A stretch of DNA of 64,000 bases from an uncultured Erysipelotrichaceae bacterium (GTDB lineage: Bacteria > Bacillota_I > Bacilli_A > RF39 > UBA660), in assembly GCA_902797995.1 (NCBI GenBank), contig CADBUX010000011.1:1013-65012 (forward strand), in the 5' to 3' direction. Shown in pieces: positions 18,972-29,428 of this stretch; within the stretch, counting starts at the first letter, position 1; each line of letters opens with the position of its first letter. Both the position numbers and the translations under genes were made by a program. Below the pieces are notes generated by a model. That model was not told the origin of the DNA, did not search any database, and saw only the letters and a list, made by a program, of their open reading frames with translations.

Positions 18972-20948
18972 TTATCTTAATTTCGCATTACAATATGGAC
19001 ATATGTCTGGGTTCCCTAAAAGTTCTCTTCCACATCTAGGACATCTATACCCTTCAATATTTTGCATATTACTTACTTCATTATTTTGGATATTCTGATT
19101 TGTTATGTTTTGATTTTGATGATTTATAGATGGACTATTTTGATCTACTGGTCCTTGGAAAACTATAGTTTTGCCTTCAAGAGCTGCAGTATTATCATTT
19201 TGTAATTGTGTCATTTGACTACTTTCTAAACTCTTATTTGGAACTTGGTTTACTTGGTTATTATTCATATTGTTTGGTATATTATTAACATTTTCTTTAG
19301 TAGTTTGATTTTGAATTACTGGTCCTCCATTACTTATAATATGTCTTCTTTCATTTTCATCATCTTGTAAATTATTTATATTATAACCATTTATATCTTT
19401 GTTTTCTTTTTTATTTTTGGCATATCTTAAATACAGTATTATTGGAATCATTACTACAAGTGCTATTAATATGCCTCCGATTACATAATATATTGTATAA
19501 TTTGGTTTTGTTATTTCAATTGTATATGTTTTAGTCTTACTTCCATCTACTGATTTAGTTAATATTTTGATAATACTTCCATCTTTTAAATCATTATTAC
19601 CTTGTATTTCATAGGTTGCATTTTCATCATCCATCATAACCTTTATGTCTAACATCTTTTCTTTACCTATTACAAGTTTATAAGAATCCTTATCATAGTT
19701 AAATTGTAAGTTATATCCTTTAATAGTAATATCTTTTATATTTGCATTGTCTCCTAGAGTTTCTCCTTCATTTAATCTATTTACTTTGACTTTATATACT
19801 TGTTCACCATTTACATCATCTTTTAAGGTAATAGTAATTATGTTTTCTCCAACTTCTAAATTTTCATTACCTTCTACTGTTACTTTTGAAGTAGTATCTT
19901 GTGGCGTTGCTAATACATTTATTTTTTGAATATCATATAGTACCTTGGTTTCATATTCAAAAACGTTTGGATTAAATTCAATTGTTCCACTGCTTAATGA
20001 TAGGTTTGAAAGGAGTAGTTTTTTATCGGAATTTGATTTTTCAACAACAATATTATAAGTTTTAGTACTTGCTCCATCATCAGTTACAGATAATGTAAAA
20101 TTATTCTTTCCACTCTTTAAAAGCTGATTTGAAACTTCACCAGTTATTTTTTGACTATTTGTATTCCTTACTCCACTGATGGAAATTCTTTCAATATCTT
20201 TACCAACTTTTACTGTATAATCATACACATCGCTCTTAAATTCGGGGCTTAAACTACCGCTTGATATATTAATGCCTTTTAGATAATTATTATCACATTT
20301 TCTATTTACACTTATTTTATAATTATTTACACTACCATTTTGAGCCTTTACTGATAAAGTATAAATATTATTACCACATGATAAATTCTTTGTTCCTGTG
20401 CCCGTTACTGTTGCCTTGTTACTTGAAGGAGTTGCTCCGATTGTTATTGTTTTAGAATTGGTATTTAAATTATAATTTGCAACATTCTTATTAAAATTGT
20501 TAACTTTATTCCCATTTATAGTAATGCTCTTTAAAGTATTTACAGAGCTTTGTACATTTATACTTTGAGTTGTTTTTACATCATATTTCCATTCGGGATC
20601 TTCACTTTTAAATTTTACATCTGCTGAGATAGTAATTTGTCCAGTTCCAGTACTACTTGTAGCTCTACCTGTTATAGTACCAATTTCTACTTTTTTTCCC
20701 ATACTTATTGATGTTTGATTTATGTTGTGCTCTTCTGCTTTTATTGGTTCTTTTCCTGTTATAGTTACATATTGTATATAGTCTATGTCACTTCCAGATA
20801 TATCTGCATATACTCTACAAGTAAAAGTACTAGAAAGATCTACACTATTTGGACACGACAAACTTAAACTAATATTATTATCAGCATACACGTTAGAAAA
20901 TAAAAATGCTGATAAAAAGATTCCCATTAAATAAAATATTCTTTTCAT
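18972..20948 (-). CDS. surface protein with repeated cadherin-like beta-sandwich domains, C-terminal TM segment and cytoplasmic zinc ribbon
   Basis: Signal peptide. Several ~80-aa repeats with the pattern of the clostridial 'cadherin-like' domain. A TM helix (IYYVIGGILIALVVMIPIILYL), then a Q/N-rich tail ending in CPRCG...CPYC. Confidence 0.5.
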   Translation of the reverse strand: MKRIFYLMGIFLSAFLFSNVYADNNISLSLSCPNSVDLSSTFTCRVYADISGSDIDYIQYVTITGKEPIKAEEHNINQTSISMGKKVEIGTITGRATSSTGTGQITISADVKFKSEDPEWKYDVKTTQSINVQSSVNTLKSITINGNKVNNFNKNVANYNLNTNSKTITIGATPSSNKATVTGTGTKNLSCGNNIYTLSVKAQNGSVNNYKISVNRKCDNNYLKGINISSGSLSPEFKSDVYDYTVKVGKDIERISISGVRNTNSQKITGEVSNQLLKSGKNNFTLSVTDDGASTKTYNIVVEKSNSDKKLLLSNLSLSSGTIEFNPNVFEYETKVLYDIQKINVLATPQDTTSKVTVEGNENLEVGENIITITLKDDVNGEQVYKVKVNRLNEGETLGDNANIKDITIKGYNLQFNYDKDSYKLVIGKEKMLDIKVMMDDENATYEIQGNNDLKDGSIIKILTKSVDGSKTKTYTIEITKPNYTIYYVIGGILIALVVMIPIILYLRYAKNKKENKDINGYNINNLQDDENERRHIISNGGPVIQNQTTKENVNNIPNNMNNNQVNQVPNKSLESSQMTQLQNDNTAALEGKTIVFQGPVDQNSPSINHQNQNITNQNIQNNEVSNMQNIEGYRCPRCGRELLGNPDICPYCNAKLR

Positions 20949-21045
20949 TAATTATAGCCTCCCTATTGTAATAAGTATAACAAAAAAAAATATTCAAAAC
21001 AATAGAATTGTTTACCTTTTAAAAATTTGACAAATACAATGTATA

Positions 21046-21078
21046 ATAAAAAGTATGACTATTAATGATCGTCATACT
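21046..21078 (-). terminator. rho-independent terminator downstream of priA
   Basis: Hairpin agtatgac..gtcatact just past the priA stop, flanked by T-runs on both strands. Confidence 0.5.
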
Positions 21079-21081
21079 TTT

Positions 21082-23247
21082 TTATAATTTTATTGGATTA
21101 AAATCTATTTCTAGTCTGATAGTCTTATCGTTAAAAAATCTTTCTTGTAGCATGTATAAATACTTTCTTATATTATTAATATCTTTATATTTGATTATTA
21201 TTTGAAAACGATAATCGTTGTTTAGTTTAAATATATTCGAGGTAGAAGGTCCTAGTATTGTTTCATTTTTTACTTTATCTTTTAAATAGTCTCCGATTTT
21301 ATAACTCATTTTACTTGCATTATTATAGTCTTTAGAAATTATTCTAATTAAACATATATAACAAAATGGTGGATAGTTTAGTTTTTTTCTTATACCAAGT
21401 TCTTCGGTATAAAAACTTTTATAATCATTATCTTTACTATATTTTATAGCATAATGATTAGGATTAAATGTTTGGATTAAAACTTTGCCCTTTTTATGTC
21501 CCCTTCCACTTCTTCCAGATACTTGGTTAAGAAGTTCAAATGTTACTTCACTACTTCTGAAATCTGGAAAGTTTAAACTGATATCGGCATTTATTACTCC
21601 TACTAAAGTAACATTTTCAAAATCAAGTCCCTTGGCAATCATTTGAGTACCAAGTAAGATATTGTACTTGCCACTTGCAAAAGATTTTATTATATTCTCA
21701 TGTGCATTCTTCTTCGTAGTAGTATCTATATCCATTCTAATTATTTTAGATTCTGGTATTAGCATTTGTAGAGTTTCCTCCACTTTTTCTGTGCCTAGAC
21801 CATATTCCTTATAAAAGGCACCACAACTAGAGCATTCTTTTTCTTTTCTCTTAGCATATCCACAGTAATGACATCTAAGCATATTTGAAGTTTTGTGATA
21901 AGTCATAGTAATATCACAATTTGGACACTTTTCGGTATAACCGCAGTTAGAACATGTCACTACTGAGGAATACCCTCTTTTATTCAAAAACAGTATTACC
22001 TGTTCGCCTTTAGATATTGTTTCTTTAACATTATTTATTAAAGTTTCGGAAAAATAATCATTAGTCTTTCTGTACTCTTCATTCATATCAATAATCTCTA
22101 TATTAGGATTCATTCCATTATATCTATTATTAAGTTCTAGTAAAGTATAGGTTCCATTCTTAGCTCTTGCATAACTTTCCATCGAAGGTGTTGCGCTTCC
22201 TAAAACTAAAGGACAATTATGATATTTGCTTCTGCACTTTGCAATATCTATAGCATTATATCTAGGATTATTCTCTTGTTTATAAGTAGAACTATGTTCT
22301 TCATCTATAATAATAATTCCTATATCATCAAGTGGTGCAAAAACTGCGCTTCTTGCTCCAATAACAATATCTACTTTATTCTCGTTTATCTTACGCCATT
22401 CATCATATTTTTCAGTATCAGATAACTTGCTATGGAGAACTGCTATTCTATTAAAATATGAAGTAAATCTATTTATTATTTGAGGAGTAAGTGATATTTC
22501 AGGCACCAAAAACAATGCTTTTTTTCCTTGCTTTATCACATTTTCAATCAATTTCATATAGACATTAGTTTTACCTGATCCAGTAATTCCATGAAGTAAA
22601 TAAGTCTTGCTTTCATTAATATTATTAACAATAAAGCTATATACTTTAAGTTGTTCATCATTTAACGAAAAATCTTTTTTTTCTTTTTCTTCTATGTTAT
22701 AACGATATACTTCTTCTTCAGTTTCTTTTAATATGTTTTTCTTTAACAATGTATTTACACTGCTTACTGATATCTCGCTTAACTGTTTCTTTTTTACTCT
22801 TTTTTTCTCTTTTAAAACATCTACTATTTTTCTTTGTGAATCATTTAGTTTAATACTATTTAAATCTATTTCATTAAGTTCAATATATTTTTCCGTTTTT
22901 ACATTTATTAATACTTTTTTCTTAGCCTTTAATGCCTTAGGAAGCATTACTGCATACGATAACATTAAAGAAGATAAAGTTGTTTTTTGAACAAACTTTC
23001 CAAGATCCATAAGTTCTTTGTTTAATACTGGATAAGAGTCTACTAAAGAGATGATTGATTTAAGTTCTATATCATTAGGAATGCTTTTAAAAATTGACAT
23101 AACAAAACCTTCAAGAATCTGTTTCCCAAAAGGGACTTCGACTCTCATACCAATTTTAATACTATTTTCAAGTTCTTTAGGAACTAAATAAGTAAAAGTC
23201 TTATCTAAAAAAACATGCGTAAGTTCTACTAAACATTCACAAACCAT
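21082..23247 (-). CDS. priA: primosomal protein N' (replication restart helicase)
   Basis: Walker A HGITGSGKT, DEEH, and the PriA Cys-rich zinc-binding insertion (CSNCGY..CPNCD..CHYCGY). Confidence 0.9.
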   Translation of the reverse strand: MVCECLVELTHVFLDKTFTYLVPKELENSIKIGMRVEVPFGKQILEGFVMSIFKSIPNDIELKSIISLVDSYPVLNKELMDLGKFVQKTTLSSLMLSYAVMLPKALKAKKKVLINVKTEKYIELNEIDLNSIKLNDSQRKIVDVLKEKKRVKKKQLSEISVSSVNTLLKKNILKETEEEVYRYNIEEKEKKDFSLNDEQLKVYSFIVNNINESKTYLLHGITGSGKTNVYMKLIENVIKQGKKALFLVPEISLTPQIINRFTSYFNRIAVLHSKLSDTEKYDEWRKINENKVDIVIGARSAVFAPLDDIGIIIIDEEHSSTYKQENNPRYNAIDIAKCRSKYHNCPLVLGSATPSMESYARAKNGTYTLLELNNRYNGMNPNIEIIDMNEEYRKTNDYFSETLINNVKETISKGEQVILFLNKRGYSSVVTCSNCGYTEKCPNCDITMTYHKTSNMLRCHYCGYAKRKEKECSSCGAFYKEYGLGTEKVEETLQMLIPESKIIRMDIDTTTKKNAHENIIKSFASGKYNILLGTQMIAKGLDFENVTLVGVINADISLNFPDFRSSEVTFELLNQVSGRSGRGHKKGKVLIQTFNPNHYAIKYSKDNDYKSFYTEELGIRKKLNYPPFCYICLIRIISKDYNNASKMSYKIGDYLKDKVKNETILGPSTSNIFKLNNDYRFQIIIKYKDINNIRKYLYMLQERFFNDKTIRLEIDFNPIKL

Positions 23248-23430
23248 ATAAAACTCCTTTTAATAATTATATCAAAGAAAAATTACAAGTAAATAGTCTT
23301 GTAATTATTTTTATTACCAAAAATTACCATAAGTGTTTGCTTTTATAATTGTCGTTATTATGGTAAAATGCATATGCGGAATATTTGATTGTTGGGTGGA
23401 GCCAAACTTCTATATGAAGGGAGGCGATAT

Positions 23431-23502
23431 AATGAATAAGAAAGATTTTTTATTCTTATCTCTATTAATTATTATCTATCTTTTGTTACTTAAACAAATG
23501 TA
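23431..23502 (+). CDS. putative 23-aa hydrophobic peptide upstream of the germinant receptor operon
   Basis: A good RBS (GAAGGGAGG) lies 7 nt before ATG. The product is MNKKDFLFLSLLIIIYLLLLKQM. A hairpin follows. This call is speculative. Confidence 0.2.
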
Positions 23503-23708
23503 GTTTTAGAATAAAAGAAAATCCACCTAACTAATGCATAGTTTAGGTGGAAACCAAATTATTGGCTACACTCAACATCGCAAATCAAGTGTTCCGTTTT
23601 TATTTTATGAAGTTTCCTTCATCTGTATACATTGTATCATAAAAAACTAGTTTTAACAAGTATTTTTAAAGCAAACTGGACCACACTAATACAAAGGTGT
23701 GATTTATT

Positions 23709-25139
23709 ATGCTAGATAAAACTATTGAAATAATGAAAAGAGATTTTAAAAACTCTCCAGATATTATTTTTAGAAAAGTAAAAATTAAAAAAACTGAAAT
23801 AGTGCTTGTTTATAATGTTACTCTTACTAATAGTAGTAATATAAATGAATTTATATTAGAAAAACTTATTACCTTAGATAAACGAATTACTAGAAAAAGC
23901 GTCTATAATCATCTTGCTAATATAATACCTGAAAATGTGATACAAGACGTAAACGATAAAAATGATTTGTATACAAAAATTGGTTCAGGCTTTACAGTAT
24001 TTTTATTTAAAAAAGGAAAACCATTTGCAGTAGAAACTAGAGCTGACTTATCACGCGGTATAAATGAACCTTTAACAGAACAATCTATAAGTGGGCCAAA
24101 AGATGCTTTTACTGAGAACTATCAAACAAATACAGGATTAATAAGAAAACGTATAAAAACTAATAATCTAATTTTAGAGGAAAAAACTGTTGGTAAACAA
24201 AGCAAAACAAAAGTTGGCATTTTCTATATGGATAATATAATCGAACCTAAGCTTTTGGAAGAAGTCAAAAAAAGACTTGATGCTATAGATATAGATGCAA
24301 TACTAGATAGTACTTATATAAAAGAAATATTTGAAAAAGAGCAAAGTGCCTTTCCTACTATAATCGCTACAGAACGTCCTGACACTGCCGCGATTAATCT
24401 TCTTGAAGGTAGAATATGTATAATGGTAGAAAATTCGCCTTATGTACTTGTAATTCCTACATTTTTTAGTGATTTATTTCATGCCAGTGAGGATAATTAT
24501 CAAAATTTTATGAATGTTACTTTTACAAGAATAATAAGATATGCTGCATTTTTACTTGCCATACTTCTTCCTGCTTTTCATGTTGCTATTACAACTTATG
24601 ATCACGAAGCAATACCCGTTACATTACTTGCAAATTTTGCTGCTCAGCGTGAAGGTGTTCCTTTTCCTTTAATTGCTGAGGCTTTAGGCCTTACTTTAGT
24701 TTTCGAAATATTAAGGGAAAGTGATATTAGAATGCCTCATTTATCAGGCACTGCAATATCAATTTTGGGAGCTATAGTTCTTGGAGATGCTGCAGTAGCT
24801 GCAGGAATAGTATCTCCGATAATGGTCATAATAATTGCTTTATCTGCAATAGCATCCCTTATGTTTTCAAATATCGGAATGGTTAATGCAATAAGATTCT
24901 GGAGAATAGTTTTCATGCTATTTGCTGCTCTTTCTGGAATTGTAGGAATCTTTTTTGCCTCTATCATTTTAATTACACACTTAAGCAGTTTAAAATCATT
25001 ATCAAAGCCTTACTTATACCCTCTTATACCACTTAATAAAAAGTTTTTAAAACAAGTTCTAGTAAAAAACTCAATCTATAAAGAAAACAAAAGAATGCCC
25101 ATTCTAACAAATAATAATTATACAAGGAGCAATTTATGA
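23709..25139 (+). CDS. spore germination protein, GerA/GerKA family (A subunit)
   Basis: GerA-family architecture: soluble N-terminus followed by C-terminal TM helices. First gene of an A-C-B operon with overlapping stop/start codons. Confidence 0.85.
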   Translation: MLDKTIEIMKRDFKNSPDIIFRKVKIKKTEIVLVYNVTLTNSSNINEFILEKLITLDKRITRKSVYNHLANIIPENVIQDVNDKNDLYTKIGSGFTVFLFKKGKPFAVETRADLSRGINEPLTEQSISGPKDAFTENYQTNTGLIRKRIKTNNLILEEKTVGKQSKTKVGIFYMDNIIEPKLLEEVKKRLDAIDIDAILDSTYIKEIFEKEQSAFPTIIATERPDTAAINLLEGRICIMVENSPYVLVIPTFFSDLFHASEDNYQNFMNVTFTRIIRYAAFLLAILLPAFHVAITTYDHEAIPVTLLANFAAQREGVPFPLIAEALGLTLVFEILRESDIRMPHLSGTAISILGAIVLGDAAVAAGIVSPIMVIIIALSAIASLMFSNIGMVNAIRFWRIVFMLFAALSGIVGIFFASIILITHLSSLKSLSKPYLYPLIPLNKKFLKQVLVKNSIYKENKRMPILTNNNYTRSNL

Positions 25140-26263
25140 ATAAAATAAAAATAATTATATTATTAATTATCACTACTATTACTCTTACAGGTTGTAGTTA
25201 TACAGAGCTTAATAAACTAGCAATAGTATCGGCTTTAGGAATAGACTACAAAAATGGACAATATGAAATTACAGCACAGGTAATGGATATAAAAAAGCAA
25301 GATACAGGTACAAAGGAAAAATCAATTATATACGAAACAAAAGGAGAAACAATCGGTAAAGCTATTAGAAATCTATCAGAAAAATATCCAAAAACTGTCT
25401 ACTTAGGACATGTAGAAATAATTATTTTAGGCAAAGAAACTGCAGAAGAAAAAATAAATGATATTTTTGATTATGTAATGAGATCTCCTGAAGTTAGATC
25501 AACTGGATATGTTTTAATAAATAGAGAACAAAGTGCTAAACTAACTCTTGAGCCTGAAAACGAAAAAGAAGAAAGTTTTGCGACGGAACAAATAAAAAGT
25601 TCATTAGAAAGCACTACTAAAAGATCTGGAACAGTTTATTTAATAACATTTGAAGAGTTTCTTCAAACTTATCTAAAAAAAGGTGTAGATCCTGTAGTAC
25701 CTCTTATTAAAATAGACAAAAAAAATGGTAACGAAACAAGCGATACAGTTATTACTAACCTTGCAGTAATAAAAGATGGAAAAATAAAAAAAAGTTTAAA
25801 TGAGCAACAATCTATTGCTTATAACACAATAAATAATAATTATTATGATATAGTAATAACTCCAAAATATAAAGGAAAAACCTTTGGAGCAGTTATTTTT
25901 AATCCAAATTCAAAAATTGAAACAGAAATAAATAATAATAATATAAACGTAATAATAGATATAAAAGTGGAAGCTAAACTTAACGAGTTAAACAAAGATA
26001 TAAATCCAAATAATGATAAAACCAATAAAGAACTAGAGAGTTTAATAGAAACGGAATTAAAAGAATATGTAATAAGTCTTATTAATTATTCAAAAGAAAC
26101 AAATACTGATGTCTTAGGAATAAAAAATAATATATATAAAAACTATCCAAAAGAATATAAAAAATATAAGCATAGTAACTTATATAACATTTCAAATATA
26201 AAAATAAACATAGATGCAAATATTTATAGATCAGGTAATACAAATAAAGGAGCAATTAAATGA
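25136..26263 (+). CDS. spore germination lipoprotein, Ger(x)C family
   Basis: Lipobox LTGCS, and Ger(x)C-like sequence (LAIVSALGIDY...). Confidence 0.8.
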   Translation: MNKIKIIILLIITTITLTGCSYTELNKLAIVSALGIDYKNGQYEITAQVMDIKKQDTGTKEKSIIYETKGETIGKAIRNLSEKYPKTVYLGHVEIIILGKETAEEKINDIFDYVMRSPEVRSTGYVLINREQSAKLTLEPENEKEESFATEQIKSSLESTTKRSGTVYLITFEEFLQTYLKKGVDPVVPLIKIDKKNGNETSDTVITNLAVIKDGKIKKSLNEQQSIAYNTINNNYYDIVITPKYKGKTFGAVIFNPNSKIETEINNNNINVIIDIKVEAKLNELNKDINPNNDKTNKELESLIETELKEYVISLINYSKETNTDVLGIKNNIYKNYPKEYKKYKHSNLYNISNIKINIDANIYRSGNTNKGAIK

Positions 26264-27336
26264 ATAATAAAATAAGTAGCGGACAAGTTTTATCTATTGG
26301 AGTTGGACTAATAGTAGCCTTATTCCCAGGACTTGTTAACTTTTTAATACTAAGCAGTTCTAAAAACGCATCAATTATTTCAATAATAATTGCATCTATT
26401 ATAGGTTTTATACCATTATTCATGATAATAACAATAAGTAAAAGAATAAAAAACTTATCACTAAAAGAATATATAAAAAACAATTATCCGATATTAGGAC
26501 TTATCCTAAATATAATACTTATTACTGTAGCACTTTTTATACTATTTCTAAATTCTTGGTTAATTATAGATTTTATAATAAGCCAGTTTTTAACAAGAAC
26601 TTCCTATTATTTTATAGCAATAATTTTCTTTATTATAATTGCCTGGACTATAAATAAAGGAATAGAGACCACATCAAGAGCAATATTTATTATGTTTTTA
26701 ATAACAGTAACAATTATGATTTTATTATGGACAAGTCTTATACCATATATAAAACTTGATAACTTAAAACCTTATATAGATGTAAGCAGCACTTGTATTA
26801 TAAAAAGTTCTATTATTTATATATGTACTACTACTCTACCAATTATTTTTTTATTAGATTTAAAACATATCACTAACGATAAAAAAAACTTTGAAAGGAA
26901 AATAATAGTCTCATATATTATCTCTTGTATGATAACCACTGTATTTATATTCTTAATAATATCAGTATATACAATAGATATTGCTACGATTTTAACTTAT
27001 CCAGTTTATTCTCTTTTTAAAAAAGTTCAAATATTTGGATTCATAGAAAGAATAGAAAACTTTGCAGGTATTCAAATTTTAGTGGCTTTTTATATTCAAA
27101 CAACATTCTTAATATATTATTTAAAAGAAAACATATCAAAAACATTAAAAATGAATAGCAAAGTAAAAAAGCAGATATTAACATATATTATATCGCTAAT
27201 AATACCTTTAATAAGTATATTAATATTTAAAAAATATAACATAATAAATATAATAAACATAAGTCCATATATCATAGGTACACTTATAATAGTGATAGTA
27301 TTATTATTTATAAAGCCAAACAAAAAAAGCACTTAG
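26260..27336 (+). CDS. spore germination protein, Ger(x)B family (APC-type permease)
   Basis: Polytopic membrane protein of about 10 TM helices, third gene of the germinant receptor operon. Confidence 0.8.
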   Translation: MNNKISSGQVLSIGVGLIVALFPGLVNFLILSSSKNASIISIIIASIIGFIPLFMIITISKRIKNLSLKEYIKNNYPILGLILNIILITVALFILFLNSWLIIDFIISQFLTRTSYYFIAIIFFIIIAWTINKGIETTSRAIFIMFLITVTIMILLWTSLIPYIKLDNLKPYIDVSSTCIIKSSIIYICTTTLPIIFLLDLKHITNDKKNFERKIIVSYIISCMITTVFIFLIISVYTIDIATILTYPVYSLFKKVQIFGFIERIENFAGIQILVAFYIQTTFLIYYLKENISKTLKMNSKVKKQILTYIISLIIPLISILIFKKYNIINIINISPYIIGTLIIVIVLLFIKPNKKST

Positions 27337-27353
27337 TGCTTTTTTTTGTGTTA

Positions 27354-27722
27354 CTAAATTCCTCTTACAATATTTATAATCCAGTTAGCTATTAATATAA
27401 TTATTAATAGTTTATAATGCTTACCTATTCTTTTTAATAAGTTTGATGTTTTATTTGTTTTTTTTATTATATCTATAATCATTAATAGTCCTAATGTTAG
27501 TAAGAAAACAAATATTGGTATTGTTAAAATATTATATTTTTCAGCTCCGATAATATTTCCATGAAATAATGCTCTAAAACCTCTTGTAAGACCGCATCCA
27601 GGACATGGAATACCTGTTAAAGATTTAAATATACAGTTTACATCAAAAATAAATACTACAAGTATTCCAAATACAAGTAGTATTAAAAATGCAAATAAGA
27701 TCTTCTTATTTTCTTTATTCAC
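27354..27722 (-). CDS. DUF2752 family membrane protein
   Basis: CPGCGLTRG motif between TM helices, typical of DUF2752. Confidence 0.6.
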   Translation of the reverse strand: MNKENKKILFAFLILLVFGILVVFIFDVNCIFKSLTGIPCPGCGLTRGFRALFHGNIIGAEKYNILTIPIFVFLLTLGLLMIIDIIKKTNKTSNLLKRIGKHYKLLIIILIANWIINIVRGI

Positions 27723-28059
27723 CTAAAGGATTACCATCTGCATCAGTATTTACTGATCCAGTTAAAATAAGAATACCATCAATAAATGGCCAAATAGCTC
27801 CTATACCACAGGTTAATAATGATACAAGTAATTGAGCAACTCCAATTCCTGTATATCCTAGATAAAATCTACCAACTCCAAAACATCCTAAAAAGATTTG
27901 AAGTAATCCAGCAGCCATTTTTGATTTTGGTTGAGCATTTGTATTATTAACAGGTTGTCCTTCTACAGGTTTCTTTCCAGTGCTAGTCTTTGTTCCGCAT
28001 TTTGAGCAAAATGTAGCTCCTTCTTTTATTTCTGTTCCACAATTTGGACAATATTTCAT
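27715..28059 (-). CDS. zinc-ribbon plus TM2-domain membrane protein
   Basis: N-terminal CPNCG...CSKCG zinc ribbon, then a TM2-domain pattern (GRFYLGYTGIGVAQL...WPFIDGI). Confidence 0.65.
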   Translation of the reverse strand: MKYCPNCGTEIKEGATFCSKCGTKTSTGKKPVEGQPVNNTNAQPKSKMAAGLLQIFLGCFGVGRFYLGYTGIGVAQLLVSLLTCGIGAIWPFIDGILILTGSVNTDADGNPLGE

Positions 28060-28110
28060 ATTATCAACTCCTCTTTGCCTAATTATACCATAAATTATAT
28101 ATATTTACAA

Positions 28111-29352
28111 TTACTCTATTACTTTTATTATTATATTCTTTTTAAAAGGTTTTATTATTGAAAATTTATATGCTTCATATATTTTATTATATGGGATTTC
28201 TTTGCCGTATAGTTTACAAATAACATCTCCTGTTTTTACATAATCTCCAACATTTTTAACAAGTACGACTCCTGCATCATAATCTATTTTATCATCTTTA
28301 TTTATTCTACCTGCTCCTAAAAGCATAGATGTTTCTCCAATTATTCTACTATTAATACTTTTTACATAACCACTTTTTAATGACTTTATTTCTATAGGTT
28401 CATCTTTTGAATCTTCTATTTTACCACCTTCAAATTCTATATAAGAGATAAGTTTATTATATGCATCATTATTTTTAAGTACACGTATAACATTTTCTCT
28501 TGCTTTATCTATTGTACAGTTTTTATTAAAAGCATACATAATTGAAGCCATTTCTACTGCCAATGTTCTTAAATCATTATTTTTATGATTTTTTAATATA
28601 TCAATTGCTTCTTCAATTTCAAGTCTATTACCTATATTACTTCCTAAAGGATTATCCATTCTTGTTAACATACATATTACTTTTCTATCATATTTATTAC
28701 CTATTTTTATCATTAAGTTAGCAAGTCTTTTAGCCTGTTTTTTATTTTCTATTAAAGCACCTTTACCAACTTTAATATCTATTAGTATTTTACCTGCTCC
28801 ACTTGCTATTTTTTTACTCATAATACTTGAAGCTATTAATGGAATTGATTTAGTGGTACCAGTTACATCTCTTAAAGCATATACCTTTTTATCAAGTGGA
28901 CATAGATTATCAGTTTGACAAGAAATAACCATATTAGTTTCTCCGATAGCATTGTAAAATTCTTCTTTTGTAAGAGATGTTTTAACACCTATACTATCTA
29001 GTTTATCTATAGTTCCTCCGGTATATTCTAAAGCTTTACCACTCATTTTAGAAATTCTAACTCCTAAACTAGCAAGTATTGGAAGAACAATTAATGTAGT
29101 CTTATCACCAACACCTCCCGTGGAATGTTTATCTACAAATGAAATATTAATTGGAAGGGTTTGACCACTTTTTATAAATATATCTGTAAGATTTATAGTT
29201 TCTTCATCAGTCAAATCATTCTTACAAATAAGTTTCAAAACCTTAGTCATTTCTTCATCATCTATTTTATTATTTAAATAACCTGTAAATATATTATCAA
29301 GTTCAATATATGACAGTTTTTCTTTTCTTTCTAGTTTTTCTATTTCTTTCAT
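28111..29352 (-). CDS. pdp: pyrimidine-nucleoside (thymidine) phosphorylase
   Basis: HSTGGVGDKTTL and the glycosyltransferase family 3 pattern. Confidence 0.85.
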   Translation of the reverse strand: MKEIEKLERKEKLSYIELDNIFTGYLNNKIDDEEMTKVLKLICKNDLTDEETINLTDIFIKSGQTLPINISFVDKHSTGGVGDKTTLIVLPILASLGVRISKMSGKALEYTGGTIDKLDSIGVKTSLTKEEFYNAIGETNMVISCQTDNLCPLDKKVYALRDVTGTTKSIPLIASSIMSKKIASGAGKILIDIKVGKGALIENKKQAKRLANLMIKIGNKYDRKVICMLTRMDNPLGSNIGNRLEIEEAIDILKNHKNNDLRTLAVEMASIMYAFNKNCTIDKARENVIRVLKNNDAYNKLISYIEFEGGKIEDSKDEPIEIKSLKSGYVKSINSRIIGETSMLLGAGRINKDDKIDYDAGVVLVKNVGDYVKTGDVICKLYGKEIPYNKIYEAYKFSIIKPFKKNIIIKVIE

Positions 29353-29428
29353 GACATCACCTACTATAGCTTTATTATATTATTTTTCACTATTTTAAGC
29401 AATATAAAAACCACTTTCAATAGTGGTT

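Noticed and set aside
21020-21045. TTGACA...TGTATAAT promoter-like sequence on the plus strand upstream of the priA terminator
   Set aside because: The spacing between the -35 and -10 elements is only about 9 nt, and no plus-strand gene follows. It is probably fortuitous.
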